From NCBI GenBank assembly GCA_038323375.1, contig JBBQGV010000015.1, forward strand, positions 974-64,973: a stretch of 64,000 nt of DNA, given 5' to 3'. Numbering within the stretch: the stretch's first letter is position 1; each line of letters opens with the position of its first letter. The stretch comes from Chitinophagales bacterium (GTDB lineage Bacteria > Bacteroidota > Bacteroidia > Chitinophagales > Saprospiraceae). Shown piece after piece: positions 59,444 through 64,000 of the stretch. A program made the translations under genes and the position numbers. Under the pieces are notes generated by a model that ran no database searches, had not been told where the DNA came from, and was given only the letters and a program-made list of their open reading frames with translations.

Positions 59444-60731
59444 CGCGTCTATTTCTTATCAGGTTTTTAATACTATTCCGCACAATGCCTGAATTATGTT
59501 GATAACGCTTGTAAAAAATAAATGAGAATATGGTCGTAGCAAGTGCTGTTTTTCCCATTGATTCAATGGCACAGACAGAAAAATCGAGCTGATAAATGTT
59601 GTAAAAAACTTGTTTCCATGCATAAAATGCTTGTCCGATAAATTTGATAACGACATAAGCAATATATCCCCAAAATACGTAGCTGCAAATAGAATAAATT
59701 GCCAAAAAAGGGTTCTTTACATTCACTAACTGCCGCGTTCTTTCAGAAACCTGGAATGGCAGGCTGGGAAAAATGCGCTTTAGGAACAAAGTCCACCAAG
59801 CATCTGACTGCAACCGCAGGTTCGGAAGCTTAAATAAATCGCTATAAATCCAGTAGCCGTCAAACCGGAAGAAGGGGTTAAAATTAATGAATATGGTTAC
59901 TGTATTGATAACGATCAGACTCCTGAGTATACTGATGGTTTCCATATCGTAGGAGTTTTTAACCCAGTAAATCAACCCAAGATTAATCAATAACTGGAAA
60001 AATATTCCTCCAAAATTCACAATAATGCGTTTGAGGCGGCTGAGTTTCCAGGTTTCAGTTACATCCGTATATAATACTGGAAAAATAAAATAGAAGCCAA
60101 AACCGATACTTTTGGGTGGCGCTTTGAACAAGTATGAGGAGGCCGCATGCCCCAGTTCATGGATAAAAAGAATGAAAATTGCTACCGGGTAATAGATAAA
60201 AATATGCCCCAAATTTTTTAGGCACTCGGTACCCGAACTGGCAAATGTCCCGCCGGCTGCCGCTGCATCGTTGTATTGCGAAAATTGCTGGATATAATAA
60301 TAATTCAAACCCGCACCCGCCAACAGAAGCGTAAAAAAAGGTATCGGATAAAAAAAGTATTTCAGTATTTCAAGGAGCCATTTAAGCTGCTCAAACCGAA
60401 AAACATCCCAATGGCCAGTAAACCCGGACAGCATTCTGTCGGTTTTGTTTTTTTCCAGGCTTTCATCGTGTATGACCTCACCTGCTTCATTAAATATTTT
60501 AAGAGGTTTAATTTTTTCTTCGATAATTTGGGCAACGGTTTCTTCTGTAAATTCATATTGACCACGAGACCAGTTGTTTAGGCTAACCGTAATTTCCGGT
60601 TTTGTCTTTTTCTCTGTCAGTTGATCTATGATGATACGCAACAATTCTCCTATGTAATAATTGGTGCCATTGATCTGCAACAGGTACTGTTTATTGTCGT
60701 TACCGGTTTCTACTTCTTGTATGGTGTACAT
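59430..60731 (-). CDS. polytopic membrane zinc metalloprotease (M50/site-2-protease-like, HELGH)
   Basis: 433-aa ORF with multiple TM helices and HELGHAASSY inside a helix. Its soluble N-terminal domain of about 110 aa could bind peptide. Confidence 0.65.
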   Translation of the reverse strand: MYTIQEVETGNDNKQYLLQINGTNYYIGELLRIIIDQLTEKKTKPEITVSLNNWSRGQYEFTEETVAQIIEEKIKPLKIFNEAGEVIHDESLEKNKTDRMLSGFTGHWDVFRFEQLKWLLEILKYFFYPIPFFTLLLAGAGLNYYYIQQFSQYNDAAAAGGTFASSGTECLKNLGHIFIYYPVAIFILFIHELGHAASSYLFKAPPKSIGFGFYFIFPVLYTDVTETWKLSRLKRIIVNFGGIFFQLLINLGLIYWVKNSYDMETISILRSLIVINTVTIFINFNPFFRFDGYWIYSDLFKLPNLRLQSDAWWTLFLKRIFPSLPFQVSERTRQLVNVKNPFLAIYSICSYVFWGYIAYVVIKFIGQAFYAWKQVFYNIYQLDFSVCAIESMGKTALATTIFSFIFYKRYQHNSGIVRNSIKNLIRNRRDGKQ

Positions 60732-60790
60732 AATATATTATTTTAATTTTAAATAGAGCTTGGTATAAAAGCGTTGCCGTTAACGCGATA

Positions 60791-60837
60791 ACAAAAAGGG
60801 GCCGGGATATTGAATATGATAACCCCATCCCAGCCCC
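60791..60837 (-). terminator. Rho-independent-type hairpin between the last precursor gene and the protease gene (possible attenuator)
   Basis: Minus-strand RNA reads GGGGCUGGGAU-N18-AUCCCGGCCCC followed by UUUUU. Confidence 0.6.
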
Positions 60838-60939
60838 TTATACGCAATCAAACTAAGTGACTACTAAATTGCAGTTGCAAGAACTACTACAAGGCGTTTT
60901 TCAGTTCTACATGCTGCATGATCGTAAAAAAATCAGGTA

Positions 60940-61080
60940 CTATCCAGCTGCGGGTGGCGCGGCGGGTGTTTTCACTGTGTTGCCACTGCAGCGTGCGGTA
61001 TCCACAGCCGCTACCGTCATTTCAAAACGGCCTTCCAATTCAACTACGGACAATGCATCTTTGATTTCAAAATTGTTCAT
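60940..61080 (-). CDS. candidate RiPP precursor peptide, 46 aa (variant core)
   Basis: Manual translation: MNNFEIKDALSVVELEGRFEMTVAAVDTARCSGNTVKTPAAPPAAG. It shares the conserved 31-aa N-terminal region with the three genes at 61752-62308. Confidence 0.6.
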   Translation of the reverse strand: MNNFEIKDALSVVELEGRFEMTVAAVDTARCSGNTVKTPAAPPAAG

Positions 61081-61161
61081 AATAAGTAAATTTTGGTAAT
61101 TAGAAAATTAGAAAATAAAAATCTCAGTCATTAGCAGTAAACAAAAGTCGGTCATACTAAG

Positions 61162-61323
61162 GGTCGCTGAAATAATAACTGTTCACTTTTCCAGGAGGTC
61201 TTTTGCTCCTACTCTGCGTTGGAGAACCACCTCCCTTAGCTATGGCTAAGGTCGGGAACCCCCGCCTCGGTTAGCCACAAAATGCCTTGCCTGGCAAAAG
61301 CGACACTTGTTAATTCAGCGCCC
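61162..61323. mobile_element. MITE-B copy 1 (162 bp), TIR GGTCGCTGAAATAATAAC / GGGCGCTGAATTAACAAG, TSD CTAAG
   Basis: CTAAG occurs at 61157-61161 and 61324-61328. It is near-identical in length and sequence to copy 2. Confidence 0.75.
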
Positions 61324-61473
61324 CTAAGGAATCAAACAGGATAAAGATGTATTTACCAGATCCATTCTATTGATGTGTATCATTTATAAGTTAGATACCA
61401 TTCGTGAGTTGCCAATCGGTTACAAGTATCTTTATTCCTGCTTTTTTCAGCAATTACTGGCTGTACTTTTCAA

Positions 61474-61574
61474 TTAGTTAGCCAAGGTCCTGGACTCATC
61501 GGAAACCGATTTGTTGATCTTGCTGTCGTTGCAACGTGCAGTATCCACGGCAGCTACGGTCAGTTCAAAACGAT
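61474..61574 (-). pseudogene. 5'-truncated precursor-peptide gene
   Basis: It encodes only ...RFELTVAAVDTARCNDSKINKSVSDESRTLAN. The N-terminal half and spacer are replaced by the junction ...AAAACGAT|ATAATTACGCTTAG next to MITE-B copy 2. Confidence 0.6.
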
Positions 61575-61588
61575 ATAATTACGCTTAG

Positions 61589-61750
61589 GGTCACTGAAAT
61601 AATAACTGTCCACTTTTCCAGGAGACCTTTTGCGCCTACCCTTCATTGAAGAACCGCCTCCCTTAGCTTTGGCAAAGGTCGTGAACCCCCGCCTTGATTA
61701 GCCACAAAATGCCTTGCCTGGCAAAAGCGACACTTATTAATTCAGCGCCC
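61589..61750. mobile_element. MITE-B copy 2 (162 bp), TSD CTTAG
   Basis: CTTAG occurs at 61584-61588 and 61751-61755. The right-hand TSD overlaps the stop codon of the 61752-61898 precursor gene. Confidence 0.75.
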
Positions 61751-61751
61751 C

Positions 61752-61898
61752 TTAGTTGGCCTGAGCAGGTTCAGAAGAGGCCTTCACATCTGCTTTGTTG
61801 TCGTTGCAACGTGCAGTGTCTACAGCGGCTACGGTCAGTTCAAAACGATTTTCGAGTTCTACCACTGACAGGGCATCTTTAGTGTCAAAATTGCTCAT
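61752..61898 (-). CDS. candidate RiPP precursor peptide, 48 aa
   Basis: Manual translation: MSNFDTKDALSVVELENRFELTVAAVDTARCNDNKADVKASSEPAQAN. Confidence 0.65.
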   Translation of the reverse strand: MSNFDTKDALSVVELENRFELTVAAVDTARCNDNKADVKASSEPAQAN

Positions 61899-61956
61899 GA
61901 TAAAAAGATTGATTGATTAAAAAATAGAATTAAGAGACGGCTTAAAATAATTACGC

Positions 61957-62103
61957 TCAGTTGGCCTGAGCAGGCTCAGAAGAGACCTTCACATCTGCTT
62001 TGTTGTCGCTGCACCGTGCAGTGTCCACAGCGGCTACGGTCAGTTCAAAACGATTTTCGAGTTCTACCACTGACAGGGCATCCTTAGTGTCAAAATTGCT
62101 CAT
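61957..62103 (-). CDS. candidate RiPP precursor peptide, 48 aa
   Basis: Manual translation: MSNFDTKDALSVVELENRFELTVAAVDTARCSDNKADVKVSSEPAQAN. Confidence 0.65.
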   Translation of the reverse strand: MSNFDTKDALSVVELENRFELTVAAVDTARCSDNKADVKVSSEPAQAN

Positions 62104-62161
62104 GATAAAAAGATTGATTGGTTAAAAAATAGAATTAAGAAATGGCTCAAAATGATTACGC

Positions 62162-62308
62162 TTAGTTGGCTTGAGCAGGCTCAGAAGAAGCCTTCACATC
62201 TGCTTTGTTGCCATCGCAGCGCGCAGTATCAACAGCGGCCACGGTAAGTTCAAAACGCTCTTCGAGTTCTACTGAGGACAGCGCATCTTTGATTTGAAAA
62301 GTTGACAT
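62162..62308 (-). CDS. candidate RiPP precursor peptide, 48 aa
   Basis: Manual translation: MSTFQIKDALSSVELEERFELTVAAVDTARCDGNKADVKASSEPAQAN. Confidence 0.65.
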   Translation of the reverse strand: MSTFQIKDALSSVELEERFELTVAAVDTARCDGNKADVKASSEPAQAN

Positions 62309-62387
62309 ACTTAAAAATTTAAATGGTTAAAAAATATGAATGAATTAGATTTTGCAAAAAGCGCTAATACCCTGATTGTGTGTTTAA

Positions 62388-62669
62388 TTAGTCTTCTGCT
62401 TCCACCAGCAGGTTGCGCTGAATCATCGCGCTCAGTGTCTCTACGTTCTGGAAGGATTCTTCGTTAAATTCCGTAGGAATGATTCCGAATTCTTCGCCGA
62501 GGCGGGTAGAGATTTCAAGGACAGCGAGGGAATCCTGAATAATTCCGGGATCTTCATCAGTCCCGAAAAACGGCGCATCGTTTTTGATGTCTGCTGCCGT
62601 AATGTCTTCCAATTCCAATACATCAATAATGCATTGTTTTACTTTTTCCTGAATTGCATTGAGTTCCAT
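62388..62669 (-). CDS. acyl carrier protein
   Basis: 93-aa acidic ORF with a DSL phosphopantetheine-attachment motif (IIQDSLAVLEI). Confidence 0.85.
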   Translation of the reverse strand: MELNAIQEKVKQCIIDVLELEDITAADIKNDAPFFGTDEDPGIIQDSLAVLEISTRLGEEFGIIPTEFNEESFQNVETLSAMIQRNLLVEAED

Positions 62670-62692
62670 AATCTTCTATTTTTATAAATTAA

Positions 62693-63898
62693 TTAATTAA
62701 AATTTCTGATTGCTACCGAGGCCATATTCCCTGAAAACCCGAAGGAGTTGGACAGTGCCAGGTTAATTTTATAGTCAATGGCTTTTCCTTCTACCAACCG
62801 AATGTTATCAGGAGTGACAATGGACTCTTTCACGTTAATGGAAGGGGGGACGAAGTTTTTGTAAACCCCCAAAGTTGTAGCGACAAACTCTACACTGCCC
62901 GCTGCCCCCAGCGCATGACCAATCAGTGATTTGGTAGAGCTGACATACACCGGGTGCCCATCTACCAATTGTTCGATGGCCCTGATCTCCATCTTGTCGT
63001 TCGCCAGCGTAGCGGTACCGTGTGCATTGATATAATCTACCTGACTGGGCGTAGCACCGGACATTTTAAGTGCATTGAACATGGCCTGCTTGGCAAAAAT
63101 GCCATCCGGGTGAGGCGCTGTGGCGTGATAAGCTTCGTTGACAATCGAATATCCTGAAACTTCTGCCAGAATCGGCGCATTCCTTTTTTGAGCCGACTCC
63201 AGGCTTTCCATTACTACGTAGGCAGCAGCATCGCCAAGGTTCAAGCCATCCCGGCCTTTATCGAAGGGCTGGCAAGCACCTTTCGACAGGGCAAACAGCG
63301 AGTTAAATCCGCTGTAAGTCAGGTAAGTAAATATATCAACCCCACCTGCAATCATACAATCTACCCGGTTACTCCGGATCAGATCGAAGGCTCTTCCGAT
63401 CGAGTTGGTGCCCGAAGCACAAGCTGTGGAGATCGTAGATAATGGGCCGCGTATGCCAAAATGGGCTGCGATTCGGGAAGTGATATTGGGCGTGATGTGC
63501 AACAACAACGCATAATCCCGCTCTTCGCCTTTAATTTTGTTTTTCACCCAATCCATAAAGGGATAACTTCCTCCAACCGACGTGCCAAGACAAAGCCCCA
63601 CGCGTCTGGGATCGGTGCTACTCAAGTCTAAATTTGCCCTTTCAAGCGCCTCACCGATCGCCCGCACCGACAATTCGCCAAGGATCGTAACGTCTTTTTC
63701 ACGGGCCGCTTCGTAAATACCCTGGTCAATGGTACATCCCTGGCGGCTTCTGAAGAACTCGTCAGACAAGTCAAAGCGTTGAGTAGAAATGTCTTTGAGG
63801 CCAGATTTGCCTTCACGCAGGTTTTGTTCAAATTCATCCAGATTATTGCCGATGGAGCAAATGACGCCCAAACCGGTCACAACTACTTTAGATGCCAT
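62693..63898 (-). CDS. beta-ketoacyl-ACP synthase (FabF/KAS II-like), catalytically complete
   Basis: 401-aa ORF with the Cys-His-His triad context STACASGTNS, NAHGTATLAND and GHALGAAG. Confidence 0.9.
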   Translation of the reverse strand: MASKVVVTGLGVICSIGNNLDEFEQNLREGKSGLKDISTQRFDLSDEFFRSRQGCTIDQGIYEAAREKDVTILGELSVRAIGEALERANLDLSSTDPRRVGLCLGTSVGGSYPFMDWVKNKIKGEERDYALLLHITPNITSRIAAHFGIRGPLSTISTACASGTNSIGRAFDLIRSNRVDCMIAGGVDIFTYLTYSGFNSLFALSKGACQPFDKGRDGLNLGDAAAYVVMESLESAQKRNAPILAEVSGYSIVNEAYHATAPHPDGIFAKQAMFNALKMSGATPSQVDYINAHGTATLANDKMEIRAIEQLVDGHPVYVSSTKSLIGHALGAAGSVEFVATTLGVYKNFVPPSINVKESIVTPDNIRLVEGKAIDYKINLALSNSFGFSGNMASVAIRNFN

Positions 63899-64000
63899 AA
63901 AACTATTTTTTTAGACTACTTGTCAATTAATCGCTGTTCTCAAAATTAGCCAGGAAGTATCTATCTTATTTTTTGCTATTTAAACCCTGGTTTTATACGC

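Noticed and set aside
60857-61099. 80-aa plus-strand ORF from the track; likewise 61694-61882 (62 aa)
   Set aside because: They are antisense shadows of the conserved minus-strand precursor genes and of MITE-B. The minus-strand frames are the ones conserved across all five copies.
61162-61323. The 162-bp element might be a structured ncRNA (tmRNA/tRNA-like; it contains GGCGGGGGTTCCCGACC)
   Set aside because: I could not fold an acceptor stem or T-arm, and the 5' end is not tmRNA-like. Terminal inverted repeats plus 5-bp target duplications in both copies fit a MITE better.
54356-63898. Interpreting the KS/CLF/ACP/DH/PPTase/acyltransferase set as an ordinary flexirubin or aryl-polyene locus
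   Set aside because: This reading is not fully excluded but is disfavoured. The locus contains a five-member conserved small-peptide gene family, an RRE-like::arginase fusion and an HExxH membrane protease interleaved in the same operon. Those are not part of the pigment pathways I know. No ammonia-lyase, methyltransferase or DarA/DarB-like genes are visible.

Overview
This 64-kb chromosomal window is from a Bacteroidota genome. The evidence is many secreted proteins with T9SS C-terminal sorting domains, a PorX-type response regulator, a GldH-like lipoprotein and lipoprotein-type RND components. Core genes are a group II PLP decarboxylase, an amidase, an ECF sigma factor, a TetR-TolC-adaptor-RND efflux operon, a di-haem cytochrome c peroxidase, porX, a TlpA-like thioredoxin, grpE-dnaJ, an SLC13 permease and a long-form NagB/LmbE fusion. 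The rest is accessory and visibly decaying, with several frameshifted, nonsense-interrupted or internally deleted genes, at least two MITE families with target-site duplications, and several REP-like palindromic repeat families. Two loci look like candidate undescribed systems. (1) 54.3-64.0 kb, minus strand, running off the window: four intact and one truncated tandem 46-48-aa peptide genes, all below the ORF-track cutoff. They lie among a membrane HExxH metalloprotease, a PqqD/RRE-like::arginase fusion, an LpxL-type acyltransferase with an RRE-like tail, an Sfp-type PPTase, a FabZ-like dehydratase, an active ketosynthase, a catalytically dead KS (CLF-like) and an ACP. I read this as a ribosomal-peptide/fatty-acyl (lipo-RiPP) hybrid cluster. 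(2) 41.6-46.8 kb: an inserted 3-gene module encoding a cytosolic FGE/SUMF1-like protein, an LRR-Roc-COR-CHAT (caspase-like) GTPase and a 191-aa unknown protein. An 'empty-site' paralogue elsewhere in the window supports the insertion, and the intergenic region carries an unusual repeat array. I read this as an NLR-like conflict or defence system. An SNF2 helicase with a 614-aa partner operon and a degraded AAA-ATPase/RloB-like pair are also present. All calls come from reading the translations and repeats by eye; no searches were run.
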